64,000 bases of DNA from positions 2,592,001 through 2,656,000 of the forward strand of contig CAXXLZ010000002.1 in the NCBI GenBank assembly GCA_963675595.2, given 5' to 3'. The notes under the pieces are model-generated. The model did no database searches. It worked only from the letters and a program-made list of their open reading frames with translations, and was not told the origin of the DNA. Below are positions 41,430 to 51,000 of the stretch, piece after piece. A program made the position numbers and the translations under genes. This DNA comes from Thermodesulfobacteriota bacterium. Lineage in GTDB: Bacteria; Desulfobacterota; Desulfarculia; JACQYL01. Numbering within the stretch: the stretch's first letter is position 1; every line of letters begins with the position of its first letter.

Positions 41430-42482
41430 ATGCCTCTGTTCACCGGCCTCATTCCGTCGGCCATCGGAAGCTTCCCCCACCAGGACCCTGAGCAGGCCGT
41501 GGACCTGATCTTCGAATATTTTCCCGAGATTCCCCTATGGCCTCAATTGCCCAATACCCGTTTCCTTGAAAACATGTACGCCCAGTATGCCGCTCCGATT
41601 CCGGGAGCTCGATTCGACGAGGACAAGGAACGCGTCTTCATCGATTCCTCCCTTATCGATCCGGAAACTCTCGAAAGCTTCTACAGCCGAGTATTGGAAG
41701 AGGATACGGAATACTTCCGCCTTCCGGAAAGCCACGCCGCCGGGTTCTATTGCTTTCTTCAACGGCTGGAGCGTAAGGCTTCGACACCGTTCCCTCTCCT
41801 CAAAGGCCATGTCACCGGACCTTTCAGCTTCGGTCTGAGTGTTCCGGACGCGAATTTGCGTGCGATCATTTATGATGAGGAACTTTTTGAAGCCGCGGTT
41901 TCAGCTCTGGCTCTGAACGCCAAATGGCAGGTGCACACTCTCGCACGGTACGCGGACAAGGTGATCGTCTTCATCGACGAGCCGTACTTGGTATCTTACG
42001 GTTCCGCCTACGTAAGCCTGGACAGAGAAAGAGTAACCGGCGCCCTGGCTCGTGTCGTGGACGCAATCAAGAATGCCGGGGGCCTCGCGGGTATTCACTG
42101 TTGCGGAAACACCGACTGGTCTCTGGTGTTGGATACGGGTCTCGACATTCTTAGTTTCGACGCATACCAGTTCTTCCCCAACCTTCTTCTTTATCGGGAC
42201 GCCCTGCAGGCATTCTTGGACCGAGGAGGCATCCCGGCTTGGGGAATCGTCCCATCCAGCGGTGAAGCCCTCGACTGTCAAACCGAGGAGCTCGTTACGC
42301 TGCTCCTCTCCCACCTGAACGACCTGAAGGACCGGTTGGGGGAGGCGTACACCACGATTCCTTCGGGGCTCATCACTCCGGCGTGCGGCCTGGGCTCCCT
42401 GTCAAGCAAGATCGCGGAGAACGCCGTACGCAAAACCCGAGCGGTATCGTTGGAAATCCAATCCAGATTACGCAACCCATGA
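41430..42482 (+). CDS. core (MetE C-terminal domain only) folate-independent methionine synthase, MesB-like
   Basis: IGSFPH, WPQLP, KGHVTGPFS, IDEPYL, Zn ligands IHCCG and TPACG, LSFDAY, AWGIVP; 350 aa, no N-terminal folate-binding half. Confidence 0.75.
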   Translation: MPLFTGLIPSAIGSFPHQDPEQAVDLIFEYFPEIPLWPQLPNTRFLENMYAQYAAPIPGARFDEDKERVFIDSSLIDPETLESFYSRVLEEDTEYFRLPESHAAGFYCFLQRLERKASTPFPLLKGHVTGPFSFGLSVPDANLRAIIYDEELFEAAVSALALNAKWQVHTLARYADKVIVFIDEPYLVSYGSAYVSLDRERVTGALARVVDAIKNAGGLAGIHCCGNTDWSLVLDTGLDILSFDAYQFFPNLLLYRDALQAFLDRGGIPAWGIVPSSGEALDCQTEELVTLLLSHLNDLKDRLGEAYTTIPSGLITPACGLGSLSSKIAENAVRKTRAVSLEIQSRLRNP

Positions 42483-42489
42483 GCCGAGA

Positions 42490-43812
42490 ATGGAGAAATT
42501 CGACGTGCCAGGTGAAAAATCCCCACGCTGGATGCCTCTGATAGTCGTAGCGTTCTTTTGCTTCTCATTACTGCTCCTTCCCGGACAGACCGAGCGTTCT
42601 GAAGCGGCGTCGCGGTCTACCGGACATTCAAGGAGATACAAGCCCAAGATCGTTGATTACCAAGAACACCTCAGTCGCAATTTTAAACAACAATTACGCA
42701 AGAGCACGAAGTACATCATCGTGCACACATCCGAGGCGGGCCTGGAAAGCACCCTGCGAACGCTGACCTGCGGGAAGGTGTATAAGGGTTGTTACGTTTC
42801 CACGGGCGGACACGCAAATTACGCGGTCGCCCGAAACGGCGTTATTTACCGGACATTGGACCACAGATATCGAGCCAATCATGCGGGTCTAAGCATGTGG
42901 AACGGGAGAACGGACATCAGCTCCGTGTCCGTGGGCATCGAACTTGTCGCCTATCACTACGGAACCATCACCGACGCCCAGTATCGTTCGATGGCTTGGC
43001 TCTTGGATGTGCTTCAAGGAATCTACAAGGTCCCCGACCGAAACGTGTTGACTCATTCCCAGGTCGCCTATGGTCATCCGAACCGGTGGCACGCCCGTGA
43101 GCATCGGGGCCGCAAACGCTGCGCCAAGAACTTCGACCGTGCCAAAGCGGGTCTCGGGAACGGCTGGGAATACGATCCGGACGTCAAGAGCGGCCGGCTT
43201 GTGAAAGATCTGCATCTGGCGAAAATATTTTACTCTCCCGGCTCCGGCGGGGCCGCCTCAGAGGAGGCGATCGCTTCCAACGTAATCTCGGGGTCCAACA
43301 CCGCCTGGAATATCGCCGGAGAAGATTATAGCTCGGAAGACACCTCCTACGTGCTCCCCAACGGCAAGACGATTCGGGGAGACGAAATCGAAAAACGGTT
43401 GGGGTGGAACAGGATCCCCGTGGGAACTCGAGTGCTCCTCAACGTACCCGCCTACGAACAGGTGGAAACCGGACCGGTCAAGATATTGGAGGAAGGGAAG
43501 ACGGCCTGGAGCCTCGTGGGTCCGGACTACAGAAAACCCAGCACGTTCTATTTCCTGCCCAACGGCAAAGTGCTTCCCGGAAACCGGGTATCGGACTGGG
43601 ACAGCCTTCCCTCCCAAACCCGGATGATCAGCGGATATAGAGGGCCCTATCGGCTGGCCAGGGGTAAACATCCGGTCAAAGTGGTGGGGGACAGCTACAA
43701 AAACCAGGAAACGGTGTACCTATTTCCCAACAACAGACTTTACGCGGCCAACGAAATTCCCAATTGGACGAAAGTGCCCGTGGGGACTCGCGTTTTCGTC
43801 AGATCTAATTGA
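42490..43812 (+). CDS. exported N-acetylmuramoyl-L-alanine amidase (Amidase_2) with three C-terminal repeats
   Basis: IIVHTSE, HANYAV, ANHAG.S.W, SVGIEL, VLTHSQVA; three repeats of roughly 60 aa of the form TAW..AG.DY....T.Y.LPNG...W..P. Confidence 0.85.
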   Translation: MEKFDVPGEKSPRWMPLIVVAFFCFSLLLLPGQTERSEAASRSTGHSRRYKPKIVDYQEHLSRNFKQQLRKSTKYIIVHTSEAGLESTLRTLTCGKVYKGCYVSTGGHANYAVARNGVIYRTLDHRYRANHAGLSMWNGRTDISSVSVGIELVAYHYGTITDAQYRSMAWLLDVLQGIYKVPDRNVLTHSQVAYGHPNRWHAREHRGRKRCAKNFDRAKAGLGNGWEYDPDVKSGRLVKDLHLAKIFYSPGSGGAASEEAIASNVISGSNTAWNIAGEDYSSEDTSYVLPNGKTIRGDEIEKRLGWNRIPVGTRVLLNVPAYEQVETGPVKILEEGKTAWSLVGPDYRKPSTFYFLPNGKVLPGNRVSDWDSLPSQTRMISGYRGPYRLARGKHPVKVVGDSYKNQETVYLFPNNRLYAANEIPNWTKVPVGTRVFVRSN

Positions 43813-43889
43813 GTTCATCGACACGGTCCGGCACTGCCCCCCGGATCGGTTTCCCTGTGCCGGAAAATCACCCGCCCGTCTCTCTCGAA

Positions 43890-45439
43890 CTAGAGTTTAG
43901 AGCCATGCGGGGCAGCCAAGTTTGTATAGAAGAGCATAGTTCTCCAAGACGGGTTGAATACCGTTGACGTAAGGCTTTGAGATGATTGACTGAACACGGA
44001 TATCAGGCAGCGCGCCCCAAGTCTTCCGGAGAATCGGTGAATTCCGGTTGGAATTTTTTGGATTTCCGGTTCCACATGGCTCGCACGTTTAAGTTGCCGA
44101 AAAGACGACCGATGGCTGCGGCCATCCAGCCGGCGGTGGCGGGCCTGTTCTTTCTCCAAGGGATTGGAAACATCGTATAGGCCGCGTTGGGACCCAGGCA
44201 GAGCGCCAAGAGCCGTGGCAAGCCGTAGGCCAGGCACAAGATCATGCTCCATCGAGCCAATGTCTGCCGTGTCTGCTGCCAAGCATTTTTCAGTCCGAAC
44301 AGGTGCTTGATCTCGTTGAACATGGGCTCGGTCCACCATCGTCGTGCATAGCGTGTAATCACTTCCGCGCCGTCCATGTCGGGATCGGTACTGATCAGAA
44401 GATGCCAATCGGACCAAGAGGGGTTGTCGGACATAAACCGGCACCACACGATCTTGCACAACCGGCCGTCCAGGAAGCGGACTTTGGCTTTGGTTTGGTA
44501 GAACTGGAAAACTCGTTCCGAGCCGTAGGCAAAGAGGGTTTTCTCCACCGGACGACAGAATCGTCCGATGTTTTCCAACGTGAGTTTTTCCCCATACTTT
44601 CTGGGTCTGCCCCGTTTCTTCCGAGGCGGATTGTCCGGAGGCAAAAACAGGGCGGTATCTTTGCGGACTTGGCCGATGACCGTCACACCATCGCGAATCA
44701 GGGGAACCACCAGGGAGCTTTTCATATACCAGGCATCGAGCAGCAGAATAATGAGAAAGCGATCCGGCAGCCAAGTCATGAGAACGGACATCAAGAGCCG
44801 CGCCGCGTCCAGTTTGGTGGTGTTCCCTTTTTTGCGGATGAGCCGAAACAAGAGGGGAAACGCGGCTACCCGGCCCTTGTGGCGGCAGATGACAGCCAGA
44901 GAAACCCGAAGCTGTCCCCACAGGAATTTGGGGCGGTTGGGCCGGTGCGCGTGATCGTAATGCCAACCGGCGCAGGGAGCTTTCTTGGACGATCTGGGCA
45001 AAGGGAAGTCGTCTATGGCGAACTCGATGGATCGGTTTGGAATCCGTTTCAGGATCAGGCGCATCCATTGCCGGGCTAGCGCAAGCCATTGGAATCGGCC
45101 CTTTTCGATGGCCTTGTAATAGGCGGTCCAGGACAACTGGGGCCGAACGGCCAGAAGCGCGGAAGAAATATGGCCGCCGCGGCAGACCATACATCCCATC
45201 AGGAGTTCCAGAAGAGTCGGAGCTATTCTGCACGGAACGGCCTGAAATAGAAAGGAAATCCACTGCGATAGGAGCATAAGTGCTTGAGCCGTCGAATCCA
45301 TTGGTTGACCCCCAAGGAAAGGTTTCTTTCCTTAAAGGGCCGCCAAAGGCGGCCGCGCATCCGCGCGGCAATGTCAAGTACTTTGTTGTCTTTATTCGCA
45401 TTTTTCCTATACCAAGGGTCGCCAGACTCTAAACTCTAG
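43890..45439 (-). mobile_element. IS701-like insertion sequence, 1550 bp
   Basis: Perfect 13-bp TIR CTAGAGTTTAGAG / CTCTAAACTCTAG; 9-bp direct repeat TCTCTCGAA at 43881-43889 and 45440-45448. Confidence 0.92.
44003..45301 (-). CDS. DDE transposase (IS701/IS4-superfamily-like)
   Basis: FAIDD...SKKAP, LLDAWY, YARRWWTEPMFNEIKHLFG. Confidence 0.92.
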   Translation of the reverse strand: MDSTAQALMLLSQWISFLFQAVPCRIAPTLLELLMGCMVCRGGHISSALLAVRPQLSWTAYYKAIEKGRFQWLALARQWMRLILKRIPNRSIEFAIDDFPLPRSSKKAPCAGWHYDHAHRPNRPKFLWGQLRVSLAVICRHKGRVAAFPLLFRLIRKKGNTTKLDAARLLMSVLMTWLPDRFLIILLLDAWYMKSSLVVPLIRDGVTVIGQVRKDTALFLPPDNPPRKKRGRPRKYGEKLTLENIGRFCRPVEKTLFAYGSERVFQFYQTKAKVRFLDGRLCKIVWCRFMSDNPSWSDWHLLISTDPDMDGAEVITRYARRWWTEPMFNEIKHLFGLKNAWQQTRQTLARWSMILCLAYGLPRLLALCLGPNAAYTMFPIPWRKNRPATAGWMAAAIGRLFGNLNVRAMWNRKSKKFQPEFTDSPEDLGRAA

Positions 45440-45557
45440 TCTCTCGAATACGAGAAGAAATTCCAAGTGCACCCCGGCCGTCTTTTTTTGTATCCCCCGC
45501 GGATTCCCCGGCTCAATACTCCTTAAACCCTTTACATAATTCAGGAGGCGTATACGC

Positions 45558-45932
45558 ATGAGCGAGGAAAAGAAAGACAAACTTATGTTCATCGTCACGG
45601 CGGCGGAAGAGAAACCGGACCATTGCACCATTCCCTTCGTGCTGGCCAACGCCGCTTTCGCCATGGACGCCGAGGCGCACATTGTCCTCCAGGCTACCGC
45701 GGTCTATCTGGCCATGAAGGGGTACGCCCGACACGTTCACGCCGGCGGACTGCCGCCGTTGTCGGAACTCCTCGACGCCTACATTGAGGCCGGGGGAAAA
45801 CTCCTCGTGTGCAGTCCCTGCATTCAGGCGCGTATGATTGCTCCGGAGGACCTCATCGAAGGAGCGGAAGTTGTGGCGGCCGCCACGTTGATCGATTTGA
45901 TGCTGGAAGTGAAGAACGTCATTACCTATTAA
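45558..45932 (+). CDS. DsrE/DsrF-like sulfur-relay protein
   Basis: PFVLANAA, LVCSPC motif, GAEVVAAATL; SD CAGGAGG. Confidence 0.85.
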   Translation: MSEEKKDKLMFIVTAAEEKPDHCTIPFVLANAAFAMDAEAHIVLQATAVYLAMKGYARHVHAGGLPPLSELLDAYIEAGGKLLVCSPCIQARMIAPEDLIEGAEVVAAATLIDLMLEVKNVITY

Positions 45933-46086
45933 GGTCGTCGGCTGCTTTCCGGTCGTTCATCGAAGCCCCTGCGGCCGTCAGGGCCGAAGGGGTCGATTCC
46001 TTTCGCGTTGGGCGTAATATTCGCACTCAGGCGAAGTTTCGCCCGGCGCCGACAGGGGGGAGAGCGGATTCTCCTTCCGCCCGGGC

Positions 46087-46881
46087 TTACTGCATTTCCT
46101 GCTTGCGTCTTTCCAGCACGTCCGACTGAACAGCCAAAGTCCGTTCCCCGAACAAGGCGAACCGCAGCCAGCGAAACGCGAATTCCAGCAACGCCTCTTC
46201 GTTGTTTCTTAAGTTCTCCACGTCGCCGGGATCCAACACGAAAGTCCGCAGAAAGGAGCTCTCGAAGACAAATTTACGGAAAGCGTCCAGGTTGTATGAA
46301 GCCATATAGAACATCTGTCTTTTTCGCGTATCCGTTTCGCCGGAGCTCCGCTTCAACTCCCGAGTGACGATGTCCATCCACTGGTCGTTAAGTCGATGGT
46401 AAGGCTCCAGTCCCTGATCCGAAGTCCAGGACTCCACGGACCATTCTTTGGATTCATCGAACCCCCGACAGTGTTTTTCCCTGACCACGAAAAACCGCTC
46501 AATCACATGTCCCGGACCCGCGCCTCGAGCCGTAGCCCGACCCAAGGGATAGATTCGACATGCGGAAGGTCGATCCTCATAGAGTCTACAGCCTTCCTCG
46601 GTGACGAACGGGCAGGGCCTTCCCTCGCCTTCGGTCATACGAAGGCGCAATCGGGGGTATCCGTGGGCACTTTCCCGATCCTCGACCGGCTCCGTAAACC
46701 GGTCCAGGAATTCCTCGCACGTCAGATCCAAGCGGTTTTTCAGTCGTAAGATATCATATGGCGTCAGCACCAGATTGAGGTCGGCGCAACATTCCGTGAA
46801 GCATGGTACCCCGGGGTGGCATTGGAAACGAAAACGCCGGTTCTCCAAAGGTTCGAAACGGGCCTCCTGCGTTTCCTTCAT
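46087..46881 (-). CDS. YkgJ-family CxxCxxCC cysteine-cluster protein
   Basis: FQCHPGVPCFTECC...LTPYDILRLK...CPF...GC..YEDRPSACRIYPLG. Confidence 0.88.
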   Translation of the reverse strand: MKETQEARFEPLENRRFRFQCHPGVPCFTECCADLNLVLTPYDILRLKNRLDLTCEEFLDRFTEPVEDRESAHGYPRLRLRMTEGEGRPCPFVTEEGCRLYEDRPSACRIYPLGRATARGAGPGHVIERFFVVREKHCRGFDESKEWSVESWTSDQGLEPYHRLNDQWMDIVTRELKRSSGETDTRKRQMFYMASYNLDAFRKFVFESSFLRTFVLDPGDVENLRNNEEALLEFAFRWLRFALFGERTLAVQSDVLERRKQEMQ

Positions 46882-47660
46882 GATATCTCCTCGCCCTCAA
46901 CCAACGCCCCCTCAGGGGGAGCCACGCCCGGGCGAAGCTTGAAGTACGGATCTCCGAACAATCCGAACCGAATCCAGCGTACTCCGAACTTCAACAACTC
47001 GATATCATTGTCCCGAATAAGCTCCTGCGTCGCCTCATCCACATCAAACCGCTCAAAAAACGAAGTTGCGAAGAGAAAGTCCCGAAATGTGTCCAAATCG
47101 TACAACGCCATATAAATCATACGGCTGATTTTCTCGTTGTCTACGTCCAGTTCCTTCAGTCCGGGATGTCCCGTGATCTCCTCGAAAAACCGTTCCATCT
47201 CCTTGTATACCAGCACCCCCTGGTCTACCAAGTAGTCCGAAACCTGGTATTTGTGCTGCTGCTCAAACCCCTTGCACAGGCTATGCTCGGCAATGACCCG
47301 GTAGGACACGGGACCGCATTGATCCAAAGGAAACATCCTGCAAGACCAAGGCCGGTCTTCGTAGACCAAGCATCCCGTTTCTTCCGAAACGAGAGGGCAG
47401 AGCTTCTTCTCATCCTCTCCCATACGCAGCACGACAAGCGGCACGACACCCATGCCCGCCTTCAGGGTTCTCACATGCTTCTCCAAGAAATCCCCGGAAC
47501 GAAGATTCAGTCGATTCTTCATGCGGATAACGTCATAAGGGGTGAGGAAAATTGTCACGTCGCGACAGCATTTGGTGAAGCACGACACCTCTGGTCCGCA
47601 TTTGAACTGAAATTGATCGTTTACGTGAAGCACGTTTTCGGTTTTTTTTCCATCCGTCAT
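46878..47660 (-). CDS. YkgJ-family CxxCxxCC cysteine-cluster protein (paralog)
   Basis: FKCGPEVSCFTKCC...LTPYDVIRMK...CPL...GC.VYEDRPWSCRMFPL; stop overlaps next ATG (ATGA). Confidence 0.88.
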   Translation of the reverse strand: MTDGKKTENVLHVNDQFQFKCGPEVSCFTKCCRDVTIFLTPYDVIRMKNRLNLRSGDFLEKHVRTLKAGMGVVPLVVLRMGEDEKKLCPLVSEETGCLVYEDRPWSCRMFPLDQCGPVSYRVIAEHSLCKGFEQQHKYQVSDYLVDQGVLVYKEMERFFEEITGHPGLKELDVDNEKISRMIYMALYDLDTFRDFLFATSFFERFDVDEATQELIRDNDIELLKFGVRWIRFGLFGDPYFKLRPGVAPPEGALVEGEEIS

Positions 47661-47972
47661 GTTCTTGTCCTTGGTCGGAAATCCGGCCGTTGCCGAAGGT
47701 TCCGAAGTTCGGTCCGTGTTATCGAAAGAAAGGAACTGTTGCAGAGCGCCGGTTCCGGCGGCGGGACCCATTTGGGTTCCGAATCCCTATTGGGCAAAAT
47801 GTGTGATAATAAGCAAGCGGGGAGCCTTCAGTCAACCTCTGCTCATCCGGTCGTGCCCTTTGCCAATTGACCGCATCAAGCTTCCGTGCTATGAATCCGC
47901 AATCCTTAACAGCCGTTAAGACAGGCTTGTGTAGAGCCTGTATAGGATTACGTCTCTTCCGGAGGAATCCAG

Positions 47973-49868
47973 ATGCTCAGCTTGATGCGAAAACACGCAA
48001 CGTCGTGGCTTATCAAAACCTTTATGGCCATCATCGCAGTCGTCTTTGTCTTTTGGGGAGTCGGCAGCTTCCGAGATCAGAAGGCCAACAAGTACGCCGA
48101 AGTCAACGGTGAGGTGATCACGGCCACCGAAGTTTCCCAAGTGTACCAGAACCTTCTTCAGAACATTCGGCGACAATATGGGGAAAAGCTTACGCCCGAG
48201 CTGATCGCACAGCTGAAGCTTGAAGATCAGGCCCTCGATCGGATCATTGAAGGCCGCCTGATCATTGAAGAAGCCGATCGGCTTCACTTGAAAGTCACGG
48301 ATGCCGAGGTCCAAGAAAAAATCCAGGAGTATCCCCTTTTCCAGGAAAACGGCCATTTCGACCAGGATCGATACTTCCGGCTTCTCTCCGCCAACAGAAT
48401 CACTCCGGCCGAATTCGAGATGGATCAACGGCGGTCCATCCTGACCGAAAGGCTTAGGCAAGTAGTTTCCTCGACCGTGGTCGTCGGCGAAAGCGAGGCG
48501 CTGGAGCGGTTCCGATTCGAAAAGGAAGAAGCCGTGGTCGACGTTGTAAATTTCGATTCCGAACGATACCTCACCAACGTCAACCCCACCACAGAGGAAG
48601 TATCCGCTTATTTCGAAAAGAACAAACAACGGTACGCTCTTCCTGAGAAGTCCCGCATCGGGTACGTGCTCTATCGGCCTGAAGCATTCACGGACCTCAT
48701 CCGATTAAGCCCCCAAGAAATCGAAGACTACTATAACGGCCATTTGGACGACTTCCAGCGAGAGAAGGAAGTGCGGGCCCGCCATATTCTTTTCAAGGTA
48801 CCCAAGGGAGCCTCCCCCGCAGAGGACGAGGCGGTCCGCAACAAGGCATTGGAAGTGCTCAAGAAGATACGGGACGGAGGCGCCGATTTCGCTGAAACGG
48901 CCCGAGCCGTTTCCGAAGGCCCTTCGGCGCCCAAAGGCGGCGATCTCGGATTCTTTCGCAAGGGAGACATGGTAAAGCCCTTCGAAGATGCCGCCTTCAG
49001 CATGAAACCCGGAGAAATCAGGGGACCGGTGAAAACCGAGTTCGGCTACCATTTGATCAAGGTCGAAGAGGTAAAGGATGCGAGGGCCGAGCCTTTGGAC
49101 GAGGTCAAAGGGCGCATCGAAGAAATCGTCAAGACGGAACAAGCCAGGGATCTCGCTTTTGAGGCGGCGGAAGACGATGTGGATCAGGCGATTCAGGGCA
49201 CAAGTCTCAAGAAACTGGCCGAGGCGAGAGGGCTTGAATACAAGGAATCCGAACCTTTCACTGCGGACGGCACCCTCCCCGGACTCCAGGATTTCAAAGA
49301 CATCACTTCCACGGCCTTCTCGCTTAGCCCCGGCGAGATCGGCCCCCTCATGACCACGAGCAACGCCGCTCTGGTTTTCACTCTCATCGAAAAGCAGCCT
49401 TCGGAAGTACCGCCTTTGGATGAGATACGAAAACAAGTTTCGGAGGATCTCGCCAAGAGCTTGGCTCGGGAACAAGCGGAAGCGGCCGCCGTCAAATTCC
49501 TCAAGGAAGTGGAAGAAGGAAAAGATTACACGGTTGCGGCGTATGCCGGAGGGCTCGAAATCAAACAATACGGCCCATTTCAAAGACGGGGCGCCATCGA
49601 AGACCTCGGATACGTTCCCGATCTCAATCGGGCGGTTTTCGCCTTAGGTCGGGAGAGGGGCGTTGTACCCGAACCCGTCAAATACCAGGGAAGATTCCTC
49701 GCAGTCCGTCTTGTCTCCATCAAATATCCGGAGAAGAGCGCGTTTGAAACCGAGAAGAAGGAGTACATGGACCGCTTATTGGCGATGAAACAGGCCCAGC
49801 GATTCCAGGGATGGATTGAAGCCCTCAAAAAACGTGCGCAGATAGAAGTTTTCAAAGGCAGGAGTTGA
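47973..49868 (+). CDS. ppiD: periplasmic peptidyl-prolyl isomerase/chaperone PpiD
   Basis: N-terminal TM, SurA-N region, parvulin motifs VRARHILF, GGDLGFF, FEDAAF, TEFGYHLIKV. Confidence 0.9.
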   Translation: MLSLMRKHATSWLIKTFMAIIAVVFVFWGVGSFRDQKANKYAEVNGEVITATEVSQVYQNLLQNIRRQYGEKLTPELIAQLKLEDQALDRIIEGRLIIEEADRLHLKVTDAEVQEKIQEYPLFQENGHFDQDRYFRLLSANRITPAEFEMDQRRSILTERLRQVVSSTVVVGESEALERFRFEKEEAVVDVVNFDSERYLTNVNPTTEEVSAYFEKNKQRYALPEKSRIGYVLYRPEAFTDLIRLSPQEIEDYYNGHLDDFQREKEVRARHILFKVPKGASPAEDEAVRNKALEVLKKIRDGGADFAETARAVSEGPSAPKGGDLGFFRKGDMVKPFEDAAFSMKPGEIRGPVKTEFGYHLIKVEEVKDARAEPLDEVKGRIEEIVKTEQARDLAFEAAEDDVDQAIQGTSLKKLAEARGLEYKESEPFTADGTLPGLQDFKDITSTAFSLSPGEIGPLMTTSNAALVFTLIEKQPSEVPPLDEIRKQVSEDLAKSLAREQAEAAAVKFLKEVEEGKDYTVAAYAGGLEIKQYGPFQRRGAIEDLGYVPDLNRAVFALGRERGVVPEPVKYQGRFLAVRLVSIKYPEKSAFETEKKEYMDRLLAMKQAQRFQGWIEALKKRAQIEVFKGRS

Positions 49869-49968
49869 GGGGACCGTTTCTTGACAGGTTCGAGCCTAGT
49901 GATTACGGTGAGTCAGCGCTCAAATGTACTCACGGACCACCACGCGACCTTGCTCAGAGAAACCGATC

Positions 49969-50943
49969 ATGCCGAAGGACTACTACCAGACACTGGGGGT
50001 GTCTCGTAACGCATCCCCGGAAGAAATAAAAAAGGCCTACCGCAAGCTTGCCCTGAAGTATCACCCGGACAGGAACCGCGAGGACCCCAAAGCCGAAGAA
50101 ATGTTCAAAGAGGCGAACGAAGCCTACGCGGTTTTGGGTGACGCTGAGAAGAGGAAACAATACGATACGTTCGGAGCGGCCGGCTTCCAGCAGCGCTACT
50201 CGCAAGAAGACATTTTTCGCGGATTCGACGTCGGCGATCTTTTTAAAGAGTTCGGCTTTGGAACGGGGGACATTTTCGGCCGCATTTTCAGCGGAGCCAG
50301 GTCTCCCGGAGGTTTCCGAACTTACCGCACCGGTCCTGGACCCGAAAGGCAGGGATTCGACTTCGAGGGTGTTTTCGGACATGGAGCGGGAGGGCAGGGA
50401 TTTCAACAACGATCCCTCAGAGGACAGGACCTTACCTATGAACTGCCTCTGACCCTGGAAGAGATCGCGGAAGGCGGCTCCAAAGTCATTGGGTTTCATC
50501 TCAAGGACGGTTCTTCCGAAAGGGTATCGGTCAAGATCCCCGTAGGAATCGAGGACGGGAAAAGACTCCGCGTGACGGGCAAAGGAGAGCCCGGACCCCA
50601 CGGGGGCGTCCGAGGCGACCTGTATATCAAAATCAAATCTTCTCCCCATTCGGTCTTCGAGCGGTCCGGCAAGGATATTCTGGTACGACAGGAAATTCCC
50701 TTCAGCCTCGCAGCCTTGGGAGGCTCCACCAGCGTGCCCACGCTGTCGGGCAAGACCGTGAATCTCAAGATTCCGGCCGGAACGATTTCACACACCAAAC
50801 TGCGGTTGAAAGGGCACGGATTGCCTTCTATGAACGGCGGCGGGCGGGGAGACCAGTACGTGCAGGTAATTATCTCCGTTCCAAAAAAGCTTTCGAGGAG
50901 CCAGAAACGACTGCTCCAGGAACTCGCCGAAGAGCATTTGTGA
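49969..50943 (+). CDS. DnaJ class II / CbpA-like co-chaperone
   Basis: J domain DYYQTLGV...YHPDRN; G/F-rich region; DnaJ_C; no zinc finger. Confidence 0.92.
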   Translation: MPKDYYQTLGVSRNASPEEIKKAYRKLALKYHPDRNREDPKAEEMFKEANEAYAVLGDAEKRKQYDTFGAAGFQQRYSQEDIFRGFDVGDLFKEFGFGTGDIFGRIFSGARSPGGFRTYRTGPGPERQGFDFEGVFGHGAGGQGFQQRSLRGQDLTYELPLTLEEIAEGGSKVIGFHLKDGSSERVSVKIPVGIEDGKRLRVTGKGEPGPHGGVRGDLYIKIKSSPHSVFERSGKDILVRQEIPFSLAALGGSTSVPTLSGKTVNLKIPAGTISHTKLRLKGHGLPSMNGGGRGDQYVQVIISVPKKLSRSQKRLLQELAEEHL

Positions 50944-51000
50944 GGCTTTGAGGGCCGACATCTGGAATCGCTTCCCGACCATGGACACACGTCCGACCCG

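Noticed and set aside
43890-45401. 503-aa alternative-frame ORF overlapping the IS701-like transposase
   Set aside because: Same-strand shadow frame with no motifs; the 432-aa frame holds the DDE residues
46087-47660. Link between CxxCxxCC proteins (same broad family as the flagellin methylase FliB) and the giant flagellin
   Set aside because: 42 kb apart, much shorter than FliB, and the family is functionally broad
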